The notes below the pieces were generated by a model. That model was not told where the DNA came from and searched no databases. It saw only the letters and a program-made list of their open reading frames with translations. A stretch of 64,000 nucleotides of DNA from Macrostomum lignano (lineage: Eukaryota): positions 124,001 to 188,000 of the forward strand of contig NIVC01000110.1 of assembly GCA_002269645.1 (NCBI GenBank), written 5' to 3'. Below are positions 38,708 to 53,047 of this stretch, in pieces; position 1 is the first letter of the stretch; each line of letters opens with the position of its first letter. A program made the translations under genes and the position numbers.

Positions 38708-41365
38708 GGCTTATTTATAGACTTAAAAAAATAAATAGTTTGAAACTGAAAAGGAAAATTGCAAAATAGAGTTCAGTCAACTATTCAAATATGTGAATAG
38801 CTATACAAAAGCTAAAGTTATAAAAATTTATCAAAGTTTCAACAGCCATTTAATTTCTGAGCATAATGAAATGATCTGCACTCTTTTTATATTCTTGTTT
38901 TTTAAGAATGCGAAGCACCTAATTAATACTAAGAAAAATCCCTATACTAAGAATCAATATTGAAATCTGAATATAGTGAGCATAGTGGTATATTTTTATT
39001 CAATTTTTTTACTTGAATTTCAGCTATGAAATGACTTCTATCTAAAGCCTATACGTCACTTGTTTTATAACCACTTTGGACAACTAGGCATTGCTAAAAT
39101 TAAAAATATTAACTGTTTTAGAATTAGCTAAGTGGCTTAGATTAATAATAATACAATCAATATAGAAGAATCAACTTGAATAGTAATGATATTTTTAGTG
39201 TTATTAGTTATTATTTTTCAGTTATTAAGTAATTACTATCTCTATACCTGAGTATTTAATAAATGTTATCATTATAGATTTTTATCATGCAAAACAGCAA
39301 ACAAACCTTTTTCATTATAAAATATAAAATATTTTTGCCCTTTTCATTGTAACATAAAATATTATAAATAAAATACTAAAGCACAGTGCATGTTTCACCC
39401 AATTTTAAGGTCAGAATTTGAGTGAAAGAATGTTTAATTCAGCTATAAACAAATTTGTCATTTTACAAGCCATTCTTTAAAGTTGTCATTGCACATTCCG
39501 AAGTTAGCTACATATATTAAAGCTAAATAGAATTCAGTGTAGCCATGCAATAAACTACCAAGGCGACTGCGACTGCGTTAGCGATTCCAAATCTTGTATT
39601 ATACAAATCACAGTCATCGTTCGCAGCTTGAACAGTTGAGCGAACGATCTATATCTAACTAGTACGATAAATTAAAAAACTATTTAAATATCAAACTTTC
39701 GTAACTTCGCTGTTTACGTGAAAATTCTATAATAACGACAAATGAAACGATGCAAAAAATTAAGCCAGAGCTAAGTATCAGCAAATTTGCTTATTTGCTT
39801 GCTTAATATAATAGTTTTACATTATGTTTAAGAGTATAGCTATATTTTGCATTATTTCGATGCAACATCGACAACTGAATTGATCTAATCTGCATTTCAA
39901 TTTTGTAGTTTGCCTGCTTTTATAGTACCGTAGTGTAAGTGAATTTTAGTCGCTGCTTTTGGTTTGATTCCTATTTCTTTGAATGGATCATCTTCCCTGG
40001 AGTTGGGAAAAATTTCAGAAAACTTTTGGCAGAATTTTGTTTCGTTGATCAGATCAAAATGTCGGCAATTGATGAGTCGGCACAAGAAAAAATGGTTCAA
40101 ATTTGATGCAGTCAGAACCATGGATCAAAAACAACATGTACTCGTAACATACATATACAATAAGTTTGTTGCAGTATTGCATGTAGTCTCTCTCAGTTTT
40201 TAACAGGATTAGAATTCTATAGACACCCGGTCACAGCAATATGCTGGGAAATGAGTTCGCGATTTCCTCGCCAAGGAGCTGCATGGCAGCACCCAATTAT
40301 GTAATTCACGTCTGGTGATGCTTACCCATTCCTATTGCAATACATTAGGTCGCAAATCTCCCGCAATATTAGCAACAACAGCTTCACTGAAACAGTTGCA
40401 CTAGCTGACTACAGGCAGCTACCTGCATGCATGCACTGCAATGCCAAACACCTGAACAGGATCGGAAAAATCTCTAATCGAATTACACACGTAGCTAGCT
40501 GATCTCACTTAACAGTAGTAGACCTCAGGGAGATGTGCATGGTCCTAACCAGCCATGGATTCTTCCTGCTGAGACATCTCGTTGCAAACCGGTTGCGCTC
40601 CCACCTGCTCTTCTGTTTCATAAGAGCTGGAGACCGCGGAGCATCACTGCACGTCAACTTCTGCCAATTTACTTCAATTTGGCGCGGTAATTAAAAAACG
40701 GCCTCCCTCGGCCACGTCCAGCAAATCGAGAGCTGACGACCCCGCATAACATCCGTGACATTCGCACCTTCGTCGGACACCGGGCCGCACCGGATGAGGG
40801 TCGCCGATGTCTCCTCAGTGAACCTGCCGACTACTGGCGGGGGCTGCAGGGCGCAGCCCAAGGTTAAACCTTGGTTTAAATAAATGTATTTTACATGTAC
40901 CTTGAAGTTGCATTGCGATTAGGGGCCTCGCGGTGTAATCGCGCCGCTTGAGCCCTGCACTCTGTCAGTATAGTATACATTTCATAGTTAAGACATTTTA
41001 TACGGACATGAGATGTAATATATAACATACATCTTATTGCATGCATGGCCCCACACTCCCACAATCTTACCTATGCTACATACTACATGTATATACCATG
41101 ATTGCCAATTTTTTCTATGAAATACATATTTTCCTCCGTAAATATAATTAACTCCATGGTTTTGTCTGTGGCTTAATCCATTTGATTTTTTATTGCATGC
41201 AGTTTATAATTAAATTAGCCAATCTGCAGTTCATATACAAATATTTTCTTTTTTGTGGTGTTTCTCAATTTTCTAAAAGCGATCTTTTTGTCGTAAATGT
41301 GACGGTCACATGCACATGTATTTGCATGAATACGACTAATATAGCATTTAGCAATCCAGATTCAA

Positions 41366-42937
41366 ATGAACTTTGCCTTGAAGCCTGCCACGTCTCAAAT
41401 TATCTTTGGAGTTTGTCTGCTGCTTTGGATTCTCCGCTGTGCAGAGTGTTGCCCCATTAGTAAGTTATTAATTTGTTGGTAAGTCTTGCACAAGCATACA
41501 CGTACATATGACCAGGGACGTCGCCATGGATTTTATGGTAGGGAGCAGGACAGATTGAGCGCCACAGGCTCTCATTTTAGCACTTAAGGCACTCATTTTA
41601 GCGCCGCAGGCACTCATTTTAGCGCCGCAGGCACTCATTTTAGCGCCGCAGGCACTCATTTTAGCGCCACAGGCACTCATTTTAGCGCCGCAGGCACTCA
41701 TTTTAGCACTTAAGGCACTCATTTTAGCGCCGCAGGCACTCATTTTAGCGCCGCAGGCACTCATTTTAGCGCCACAGGCACTCATTTTAGCGCCGCAGGT
41801 ACCATTTTAGCGCCTCAGGGTACCATTTTAGCACTTCAGGCACTCATTGTAGCGCCACAGGCACTCATTTTAGCGCCACAGGCACTCATTTTAGCACTTC
41901 AGGCACTCATTTTAGCACTTCAGGCACTCATTTTAGCGCGGCAGGCACTCATTTTAGCGCCGCAGGCACTCATTTTAGCGCCGCAGACACTCATTTTAGC
42001 GCCGCAGGCACTCATTTTAGCGCCGCAGGCACTCATTTTAGCGCCACAGGCACTCATTTTAGCACTTCAGGGTACCATTTTAGCGCCACAGGCACTCATT
42101 TTAGCACTTCAGGGTACCATTTTAGCGCCGCAGGCACTCATTTTAGCGCCGCAGGCACTCATTTTAGCGCTGCAGGCACTCATTTTAGCGCTGCAGACAC
42201 CATTTTAGCGCCGCAGGCCCTCATTTTAGCGCCGCAGGGACTGTTTTGTCGACCTGAAGCAAAATTATTGATTTTAATAATTGGTCAACAAAGGTGGGGT
42301 GTGGAGACGAAGCATTGGCATGTTCCTCCTTATTTTTTACTGTAGGGGGGGGGGACATGTCCCCGCTGCAAATGACATTTCCTTCTGAACAGTCGTTCTG
42401 TGTATTTTCTCGCTGATATGCATTTCTTAATGCGTGATCAGATACTTAATAAGTTATTCAAACTTAAATTACAGCTCCGTGCAAAAATCCTAGCTAGCCT
42501 AAAGTACATGATGTACACGCGTACAAAGGCTAATGTCTAACTTGTGCATGTTAATGTTACTGACCCCAAATTTTTAGCAAAGTCACACTTTATTTTGATA
42601 CTCCGCGTACCAACCAACCGTATCGACCGCAGAAATAGCAAAGGAGGTCACCAAGAGTGCGTTCAACTTCGGCCAGAAGAAAGTCAACAAGCAGCTGTAC
42701 AAAATCTCCGACAAAATTCACAAACCCGATGAAGTGGCCAAACGGGTGTCCAAAATTGAGGCTAAAATGGCGGCCGATGCGTCTAGGCGGGCGGCGGCCC
42801 AGGCGGCCGAGAAAGCGGCCAAAGAGGCGTCCGAGCGGGCGGCCAGAGAGGCGGCCGAGGCGGCTAAGAAGGCAGCCGAGGAGGCCCTGAAGGCGTCTAG
42901 AGATGCGGCCAAAGCTAAGAATAATCGATGGGGTTGA
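41366..42937 (+). CDS. Secreted cationic helical peptide precursor, cluster member 1 (132 aa)
   Basis: Exon 41366-41459 MNFALKPATSQIIFGVCLLLWILRCAEC|CPI (phase-1 donor A|GTAAGT) plus exon 42633-42937 KIAKEVTKSAFNFGQKKVNKQLYKISDKIHKPDEVAKR...Ala/Lys/Glu-rich tail...NNRWG*. Confidence 0.85.
41565..42240. repeat. 21-bp minisatellite GGCACTCATTTTAGCGCCGCA, intronic
   Basis: Tandem copies inside the intron of the 41366-42937 gene. Confidence 0.93.
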
Positions 42938-43428
42938 CCAGCAGAAACTGGGAAGCAGTCGCGTGTGTGATTGACTTTTATAAATTTGTTCTACCTATCT
43001 AATCATTTGGAGTTCATAGGCAGCTTCTGGATGTTGAACTTTTGCGGCCGGGTCGACTTGTGAATTTCGAGATAGTCACGTGATGCGGCAAAAATTTTCC
43101 GGGTTTCTTACTTTTACAGATTTGTTTTACTTATTTAAGGATTTTCTAATTCAGCTTACCCAGTATTTGATGGATTTGGAGCTTAGATGTAAAATGCATG
43201 TAAATGGTAAGTTTCTTATTTTTATCACCCTTGTTTCTAAAGAATATAGTTTATTTTTTCGAAAATATTACAACTATTGTTTTATGTATGCTTGCATTTC
43301 ACGCTCGTATTTTTACAGTAAATAAAACGTATTATTTAGCTTACCACTGACTTGCTTAATAAGTATACATGCACATGCATTATGTTTTAGCAAGTTTATG
43401 CTTTTTCTTACTTTATTGTAGCCCATTT

Positions 43429-43530
43429 GGGGGGTGTAGCAGCCTTGTGGTCAGAGCGTCGGACCTCACGATTCGAAAATCGAGGGTTCGATTCCCGATC
43501 CCATTTGTGTCTTTAAATTCCAGCATTGCT
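43429..43530 (+). mobile_element. Truncated tRNA-head SINE
   Basis: A-box-like TAGCAGCCTTGTGG and B-box GGTTCGATTCC, then CCGATCCCATTTGTGTCTTTAA shared with 45604-45897. Confidence 0.55.
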
Positions 43531-43734
43531 TACAACAAGTATAATTACATTAGGTAGAAAACAATGTTAGAGCTGTTTGCGTCGTGACTTATTTAGAGAC
43601 GAATCAATAAATTTAGTTCTGCTTCCGGGTGCCAAAATTAGACGGCAGAGAGCAACGAGCGACGGTCTGCTGCGACAGAAGCTGCACCACGTACGCTCGT
43701 ACCCGCTTACAGGCTGAAATTATTGATGTGGGGG

Positions 43735-44970
43735 GGGGGAGTGGTGCTAATCTGGGGAGTGGTGCTAATCTGGGGGAGTGGTGCTAATCTGGGGGAGTGG
43801 TGCTAATCTGGAGGAGTGGTGCTAATCTGGGAGAGTGGTGCTAATCTGGGGGAGTGGTGCTAATCTGGGGGAGTGGTGCTAATCTGGGGGAGTGGTGCTA
43901 ATCTGGGGGAGTGGTGCTAATCTGGGGGAGTGGTGCTAATCTGGGGAGTGGTGCTAATCTGGGGGAGTGGTGCTAATCTGGGGGAGTGGTGCTAATCTGG
44001 GGAGTGGTGCTTAGTGGGGGGAGTGGTGCTAATCTGGAGGAGTGGTGCTAATCTGGAGGAGTGGTGCTAATCTGGGAGAGTGGTGCTAATCTGGGGGAGT
44101 GGTGCTAATCTGGGGGAGTGGTGCTAATCTGGAGGAGTGGTGCTAATCTGGGAGAGTGGTGCTAATCTGGGGGAGTGGTGCTAATCTGGGGGAGTGGTGC
44201 TAATCTGGGGGAGTGGTGCTAATCTGGGGGAGTGGTGCTAATCTGGGGGAGTGGTGCTAATCTGGGGAGTGGTGCTAATCTGGGGGAGCTGTGCTAATCT
44301 GGGGGAGTGGTGCTAATCTGGGGAGTGGTGCTTAGTGGGGGGAGTGGTGCTAATCTGGAGGAGTGGTGCTAATCTGGAGGAGTGGTGCTAATCTTGGGGA
44401 GTGGTGCTAATCTGGAGGAGTGGTGCTAATCTGGAGGAGTGGTGCTAATCTGGGAAAGTGGTGCTAATCTGGGGGAGTGGTTCTAATCTGGAGGAGTGGT
44501 GCTAATCTGGGGAGTGGTGCTTAGTGGGGGGAGTGGTGCTAATCTGGGGAAGTGGTGCTAATCTGGGGGAGTGGTGCTAATCTGGGGGAGTGGTGCTAAT
44601 CTGGGGAGTGGTGCTAAGCAGGGGGACTGGTGCTAATCTGGGGAGTGGTGCTTAGCGGGGGGACTGGTGCTAATCTGGGGGAGTGGTGCTAATCTGGGGA
44701 GTGGTGCTAATCTGGGGGAGTGGTGCTAATCTGGGGAGTGGTGCTAATCTGGGGAGCGGGGGAGTGCTTAGTGGGGGGAGTGGTGCTAATCTGGGGAGCG
44801 GGGGGAGTGCTTAGCGGGGGAGTGGTGCTAAGCAGGGGAGCGGGGGGAGTGCTTACCGGGGGGAGTGGTGCTAAGCAGGGGGAGCGGGGGGAGTGCTTAG
44901 CGGGGGGAGTGGTGCTAATCTGGGGGAGTGGTGCTAATCTGGGGGAGTAGTGCTAATCTGGGGGAGTTGT
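43735..44970. repeat. 18-19-bp G-rich minisatellite GGGGGAGTGGTGCTAATCT
   Basis: About 1.2-kb tandem array. Confidence 0.95.
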
Positions 44971-45471
44971 GCCAAAGTTATCACACAATGATGGGGGGAC
45001 TTTGAAATAGCTAAAACAAGACTGGAATTTTGCAATAAAGTAATATATAATTATAAGAGAGTTCAGAGTTGCAAAAAAGGCTTTTTCAACGTATTTTCCA
45101 TACATTTCTACTTTTTAAGTACATTTGTAGAATAGTTATTAAAATTTTTTTATAAATGTTAAATAATTAAATATTTTTTTTTCGCGTTTTTACTACTGTA
45201 AATAATGCAGAAATAAAATGCTAGATATGTTTGATGGTATTTGAAGCTCACTTAATTTATTGATTCCGATTGTTTTCTGTAGCGCCAGAATGTATTTATA
45301 GATTTGTTACAACTGAGTGCAGATAAGCGTCTATGGCACTCGCGCCTCAGCCAATCTGTTCACATATAGAGAGATCAAATTTTTATTACGGCGGCAATTT
45401 AAACAGAAAAAAGGTAGCATTATTATTCTGCAGATACTTCTGGCTCGGCTGCGGAGTCTGCTTTCATCGCC

Positions 45472-46478
45472 ATGCATTTGGCGACCAGAGCGCTGCTTCT
45501 GGTTGGTGTTCTATTGCTGCTTTCAGAGTTTATTCAGACTGGCGATTGCTGCAATCCTGCGAGTAAGCTTTTTCAAAGCATAATTTTAACATTAGCCTTG
45601 CCTGGGGTTGTAGCCTAGGGCTAGTGGTTAAGATTTGAAGGTCGGGGAATCGATTCCCGATCCCACTGGAACAATTTGTGTCTTTAAGAAAGATGCTTAA
45701 CTCTGCATTGCTTCAGTTCACCCCAGCTGTAAAATGGGTGCCAGCATTAGCTGGGGTAATTGAGGCTGTGTGTGGCGACCCCCCAGTCCTTGGACTGAAC
45801 AGCCGTACGCAGCCTTCAGATGCGCCGCGCAATAGCTGCGGCTGAGCTGTCGGTTGCACATCTGGCCCCATTGGGGCAGGTGTAATCAATTATTATTTTT
45901 TAAGCATAATTTTGCTTTTCAAAAGAGGCTTCCACGATTGCAGATGGCGTCAAATCACAAATGCAGATGGCGCCATACCACGAAAGATGGCGCCAAATCA
46001 CAAATGTAGTTTGCGTCTAACCACAAATGTAGATGGCGCCAAATCACAAATGTGGGTGGCGCCAAATCACAAATGTGGGTGGCGCCAAATCACAAATGTG
46101 GGTGGCGCCAAATCACAAATGTGGGTGGCGCCAAATCACAAATGTAGATGGCGCCAAATCACAAATCTAGACGGCGCCAAATCACAAATGTAGATGGCGC
46201 CAAATCACAAATCTAGACAGCGCCAAATCACGAATGTAGATGGTATTTAGCGGTGTTTACAAACAGTATATTGAAAAAATGTCACTTTATTTTCCTAACC
46301 CAATTGTTGGCCCGCAGAAGCAATTAAGTTCATTACGAAGGCCCCACTTAAGGCCTCAAAGAAGTTCTTTACCAAGTACATGCGTCGCAGGTCTCAGCAA
46401 CTGCCGGAACAAACTAAAAAATTGAAAGCACAGGAAGCTTTGTTGAGAGCAAGGTCAAATACGAATTACAAGTATTGA
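45472..46478 (+). CDS. Secreted cationic helical peptide precursor, cluster member 2 (83 aa)
   Basis: Exon 45472-45562 MHLATRALLLVGVLLLLSEFIQTGDC|CNPA (phase-1 donor A|GTAAGC) plus exon 46318-46478 KAIKFITKAPLKASKKFFTKYMRRRSQQLPEQTKKLKAQEALLRARSNTNYKY*. Neither frame appears in the ORF track. Confidence 0.8.
45604..45897 (+). mobile_element. tRNA-head CORE-type SINE, near full length, intronic
   Basis: tRNA-like head; central CTTAACTCTGCATTGCTTCAGTTCACCCCAGCTGTAAAATGGG resembles the MIR/CORE domain; 3' end GTGTAATCAATTATTATT, also seen at about 24479-24500. Confidence 0.65.
45945..46235. repeat. 23-bp minisatellite GGCGCCAAATCACAAATGTGGGT, intronic
   Basis: Tandem copies. Confidence 0.9.
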
Positions 46479-46639
46479 GAACAAAGACTTGCAGACTGGA
46501 GTTCGCTGCGTTTTTTATTATTCCACTTCTGCGGCTGCTTCGACAACAGCCTTTGGACATCGGCCGTCTACTGGGTTGTTTGAGTAGTTGCTGCTCAGTG
46601 CGACCGTGTGCGACCTCAGACTTAACCGCCTCTAAACTC

Positions 46640-46935
46640 TACAACTCCTAAACTACACAACCCCTAAACTACACAACCCCTAAACTACACAACCCCTAAA
46701 CTACACAACCCCTAAACTACACAACCCCTAAACTACACAACCTCTAAACTCCACAACCCCTAAACTTCACAACCCCTAAACTACACAACCCCTAAACTAC
46801 ACAACCCCTAAACTACACAACTCCTAAACTACACAAGCCCTAAACTACACAACCCCTAAACTACACAACCCCTAAACTACACAACCCCTAAACTTCACAA
46901 CCCCTAAACTCCACAACCCCTAAACTCCACAACCT
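46640..46935. repeat. 16-bp minisatellite CTACACAACCCCTAAA
   Basis: Tandem copies. Confidence 0.92.
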
Positions 46936-47576
46936 CAAAACCTATATAACCACCACAATCCTGGGACATCCTAGTCTTACAACTCTAACCTAATAGTCAG
47001 AGAACTTCAACACTGTAGTACACTCGGTGTAAAACACTCTTCAGCTGCATGCCAGTCAGATATTTCAGAAGCGCATCACTGAAGTAACTTTTTGCGATGA
47101 CTGTCCCGTAAAACTTCTAGGTGCCAAAAAACAAGAGTGAATTTCCATTTAAGCCTATCTCAATAGGTACATGCCAAAAGGTTTTCTAAAGTATATTTTT
47201 TAAATACTTTGTCAGGTCCAAATTATTTATTAAATATAAAGGTGCACTTAAATGTTTAATTTTATTAATCAAAAGCTGTTGTAAATCATATTTTACTTTC
47301 GCTTTAATTGTCTCAGTGTTATTAACCAAAAAAGCTATATTTGAAAGCCTCATAGTGAGCATTGGCGAGTCAATTGTTTCGTCTATGGTTAAACCTACCT
47401 GTTTCAAATTCTTCAACCAGGTAGAATATGCATGAGAAGTCTTGATTTAGACTCTCAGCCATTTTAGACTAGTTTTTTAAGCACACGAGTTTATTTGTCG
47501 TCAAACTAATTGATCAAACCAAATAAATGGGTGCTGGTTGCTATCACTGAATAACTGAAGCTGAGAGTTGATTCCA

Positions 47577-49202
47577 ATGAGTACGAGCTTGACGCACTTT
47601 ATCGCAGTGCTCACTGTTCTCTTAACAGCTTCTCAACTGGTGGATTTGGGACACGGATGTCCCATCTGTAAGCTTATTTATTAAATTTTAACAAACCATT
47701 TTTTACACAAAATGTAATGAGCTAGCTGATACAAAGTTTATTGAGCTAACACAAAATGTAATGAGCTGACACAAAATGTAATGAGCTGACACAAAGTTTA
47801 ATAAGCTGACACAAAATGTAATGAGCTGACACAAAACTTCTTTTACCGACACAAACTGAAGCGAACTGACACAAACTGACATGAACTGACACAAACTGAC
47901 GCGAACTGACACAAACTGACATGAACTGACACAAACTGACGCGAACTGACACAAACTGACGCGAACTGACACAAACTGACATGAACTGACACAAACTGAC
48001 GCGAACTGACACAAACTGACATGAACTGACACAAACTGACATGAACTGACACAAACTGACATGAACTGACACAAACTGACATGAACTGACACAAACTGAC
48101 ATGAACTGACACAAACTGACGCGAACTGACACAAACTGACATAAACTGACACAAACTGACATGAACTGACACAAACTGACGCGAACTGACACAAACTGAC
48201 ATGAACTGACACAAAGTGATGTGAACTGACACAAACTGACGCGAACTGACACAAACTGACATGAACTGACACAAAGAGATGTGAACTGACACAAACTGAC
48301 ATAAACTGACACAAACTGACATGAACTGACACAAACTGACATGAACTGACACAAACTGACATGAACTGACACAAAGTTATGTGAACTGACACAAACTGAC
48401 ATGAATTGACACAAACTAACGTGAACTGACACAAACTGACATGAACTGACACAAACTGACGCGAACTGACACAAACTGACGCGAACTGACACAAACTGAC
48501 GCGAACTGACACAAACTGACATAAACTGACACAAACTGACATGAACTGACACAAACTGACGCGAACTGACACAAACTGACATGAACTGACACAAACTGAC
48601 GCGAACTGACACAAACTGACATGAACTGACACAAAGTGATGTGAACTGACACAAACTGACATGAACTGACACAAACTGACGCGAACTGACACAAACTGAC
48701 GCAAACTGACACAAACTGACGCGAACTGACACAAACTGACGCGAACTGACACAAGCTGACGCGAACTGATGTTTAGAAAAAAATGTTATGAGCTTGCGTG
48801 AGAATTTGACACTCAGAAAACGCTAACAGACTGACACTAATCTCAATTGCAGCTTTAACCAAGTCAATTGTTAAGAGTTCATTTAAAGGCGGCCAAAGGT
48901 TCGTTAACAAGAAGCTGTACCAGCTGGCTGACAAAATCCACGACCCCGGCAGGAACACTGTCGCTGCCACCACCCAGCGCATGGCGGAGGCGGCAGCCAA
49001 CAAGGCCACAGCCAAAGCTGTTAACAAGCACGGCCTGGCGCGGCCGGGTCAGCTGCCGGGTCAGCTGTCGCCGGGTAAGGTGCCGCCCCAGAGTAAGAAG
49101 GTGGAGAACTTGAACAAAGTAATGAGCGGTCTGGACAAAGTGAAGACTAAAGTAGAAAAAGAAGCCGCCAAAAAAGCTATGAAGCAGGCAATGGGCAGGT
49201 AG
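47577..49202 (+). CDS. Secreted cationic helical peptide precursor, cluster member 3 (146 aa)
   Basis: Exon 47577-47667 MSTSLTHFIAVLTVLLTASQLVDLGHG|CPI (phase-1 donor T|GTAAGC) plus exon 48853-49202 SLTKSIVKSSFKGGQRFVNKKLYQLADKIHDPGR...KEAAKKAMKQAMGR*. Confidence 0.85.
47705..48770. repeat. 10/20-bp minisatellite ACAAACTGAC / ATGAACTGAC, intronic
   Basis: Fills the intron of the 47577-49202 gene. Confidence 0.95.
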
Positions 49203-49664
49203 ATTGCAACACTTATTTGTTAAATTTAAATATTTTCTGACTACGTGCTCTTATTGCTTACTTTAAGTAGCACTTTTAGACCTATTTTATTGTCTTGGAG
49301 TAGTAAGAAACTCGAGTGAACCATTAATAATCTGTGTTAGGTAATGCGAAACCTTTTGCATGACTGGTAGAAGTAATTTTTTTGTTTTTTTTTCATTGAA
49401 ACACGACAACACGACGCTATGTCGATAGTGGTTACAAGTTTTATTTTGTTGAAAATGCAATTTGGGAATTTCATTGTTAACAACATTAAATAAACAAAAA
49501 TATAAAAGAAAGGAAATATTTAAGTTACGTGTAACTATTTTTGAAGTATTTTTAACTGAAAACAAGAATTTACATCTTAACTTTAAACGAGATTTATTTA
49601 AAGTTAGACATTTACAGTAAATTTTCTGAAACGTTCCTAATCATCTGATTTAACCGCATTTAAC

Positions 49665-50440
<776 letters not shown>

Positions 50441-50679
50441 GTAAGTTATTTTAAAACCGAGTAGTGTAAGTTAACTGGTTAGACCATAGAGATACTGCAA
50501 TCATAAGTTAGATTACTTATTCTTTTAAGGAACGAATTACTGAGAACTTGGGAATGCGTTCTTACAAAATATGATGCGCAATTGATGCATCTACTTTATA
50601 GCCATCGCAAGCCATTTCAATAACAAGTAAGTCATCCTGCTGTCTATTGAGCAGTTTAGCAGCTCAACCCGCTATCGAC

Positions 50680-52063
50680 ATGCGCATGTGGCGGTTTCTG
50701 TTCATCATAGCAGCACTCAGTCTCGTCATCATGAGCACCTCAGTGGCTGACGGATGCCCAAAGAGTAAGTTTTTTGGATGTCGCCAAAATTTTATTTGCA
50801 CAGATTTGCACGCAAGTAGACTCCAGTGCTAGCTGTTAGATAGCTATCTCAAGTGTTAGACTCTGATGTCAGCTGTTAGAGACATCTGATCCGTTAGACA
50901 CACAGCTGTTGGACACACCACAGCTGTTAGACACACCACAGCTGTTAGACACACCACAGCTGTTAGACACACCACAGCTGTTAGACACACCACAGCTGTT
51001 AGACACACCACAGCTGTTAGACACACCACAGCTGTTAGACACACCACAGCTGTTAGACACACCACAGCTGTTAGACACACCACAGCTGTTAGACACACCA
51101 CAGCTGTTAGACACACCACAGCTGTTAGACACACCGCAGCTGTTAGACACACCACAGCTGTTAGACACACCACAGCTGTTAGACACACCACAGCTGTTAG
51201 ACACACCACAGCTGCATGTTAGACACACCACAGCTGTTAGACACACCACAGCTGTTAGACACATAAGAGCTGCATGTTAGACACACCACAGCTGTTAGAC
51301 ACACCACAGCTGTTAGACACACCACAGCTGTTAGACACACCACAGCTGTTAGACACACCACAGCTGTTAGACACACCACAGCTGTTAGACACACCACAGC
51401 TGTTAGACACACCACAGCTGTTAGACACACCACAGCTGTTAGACACACCACAGCTGTTAGACACACCACAGCTGTTAGACACACCACAGCTGTTAGACAC
51501 ACCGCAGCTGTTAGACACACCACAGCTGTTAGACACACCACAGCTGTTAGACACACCACAGCTGTTAGACACACCACAGCTGCATGTTAGACACACCACA
51601 GCTGTTAGACACACCACAGCTGTTAGACACATAAGAGCTGCATGTTAGACACACCACAGCTGTTAGACACACCACAGCTGTTAGACACACCACAGCTGTT
51701 AGACACACCACAGCTGTTAGACACACCACAGCTGTTAGACACACCGCAGCTGTTAGACACACCACAGCTGTTAGACACACCACAGCTGTTAGACACACCA
51801 CAGCTGTTAGACACACCACAGCTGCATGTTAGACACACCACAGCTGTTAGACACACCACAGGTGTTAGACACACCACAGCTGTTAGACACTGGTGCCATC
51901 TGTTAGACGTAAAAGGTAAAATTTCAAAACTCAAGTGAATGCCAAAAATTTGCATGCAGGAGTCGCGATCGCCGTACTGAAGGCTCCGTACAAAATCTTC
52001 AAGAAAGAGGCAAACAAGGGACTGTTCAAGCTGGCGGACAAAATCCACGGAGTTAGATATTGA
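50680..52063 (+). CDS. Secreted cationic helical peptide precursor, cluster member 4 (62 aa)
   Basis: Exon 50680-50764 MRMWRFLFIIAALSLVIMSTSVADG|CPK (phase-1 donor A|GTAAGT) plus exon 51960-52063 RVAIAVLKAPYKIFKKEANKGLFKLADKIHGVRY*. Confidence 0.85.
50845..51890. repeat. 18-bp minisatellite ACACACCACAGCTGTTAG, intronic
   Basis: Fills the intron of the 50680-52063 gene. Confidence 0.95.
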
Positions 52064-52446
52064 GCAGTCAGCCTTGCTGTATTGCCGAACTACAATCGGT
52101 GCAACAGTGAACGTTTATTGGCTTAAACAGTGTAGCGTTGTAATGATAGAAGTAGTTAATACTGCAGCATAAGTACGTGTATTCGCTTATGTGTGCCTTG
52201 TAGAACCTTCGAAGAATGGGTTTTATTTTATGTAGACTCTCCAGTACAATGTTTTAGTGAACCGCAATATGAATAATAAAAATAGTTTGCAACAAAAATC
52301 TCTTCCCACGCTACTGCAGCTGAGTTTCGTAGCTGTACATGCACATGCATGTATTCAAAGGCGCGTCACGGGTCATCAGAGCAGCTCTCAGCTGTAAACT
52401 CGTCTGGCTCTCGATCGCGTCATTTGTCCGGTTGTCGCGCCATTCT

Positions 52447-52778
52447 CGCTCATGAGGGCCAACCTCAGTGTACATGACTGAAAATCAGAAATTCATGCCC
52501 GCTGTGTACACCCTGCGTGAGTAGTGTGTCGCTCATGAGGGCCAACCTCAGTGTACATGACTGAAAATCAGAAATTCAGGCCCGCTGTGTACACCCTGCG
52601 TGAGTAGTGTGTCGCTCATGAGGGCCAACCTCAGTGTACATGACTGAAAATCAGAAATTCAGGCCCGCTGTGTACACTCTGCGTGAGTAGTGTGTCGCTC
52701 ATGAGGGCCAACCTCAGTGTACATGACTGAAAATCAGAAATTCAGGCCCGCTGTGTACACCCTGTGTGAGTAGTGTGT
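52447..52778. repeat. Four tandem copies of an 83-bp unit
   Basis: Units start at 52447, 52530, 52613 and 52696; near-identical, with no unique spacers. Confidence 0.92.
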
Positions 52779-53047
52779 TTATAAGTGAGTGAATCAGGAG
52801 CCAGGATTCTAGCGGAATTAACTGAAATTGCCTCAGCCATTCACGGTTGTGAGGGGACCTAAAATTAAAGCGTCCCCACAATTAGAGGGTCGCAGGAGTT
52901 TGGTGCCCCCGGATCCCGGATCCTCAGTTTTGGCGCCTGAGGCGAGGTTATTCATTCTTGGATTCAGTTTGGATTCAAGAAGGAACAATCAAACAAAAAA
53001 TTACACTTGTGAGTATTCAAAATTGCAACTAATTAATTTGACTTGGG

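Noticed and set aside
45547-45562. DCCNPA resembles alpha-conotoxin GI (ECCNPAC)
   Set aside because: The remaining conotoxin cysteines are absent and the first Cys is probably the signal-peptide -1 residue; likely coincidence.
45472-49202. Splicing the 45472 signal exon to the 48853 exon
   Set aside because: Each has a nearer partner (46318 and 47577), and the 47577 exon gives an ungapped alignment with the other members. Alternative splicing is not excluded.
52447-52778. Possible CRISPR-like array beside a virus-like element
   Set aside because: The units are contiguous 83-bp copies with no unique spacers, there are no cas genes, and the context is eukaryotic.
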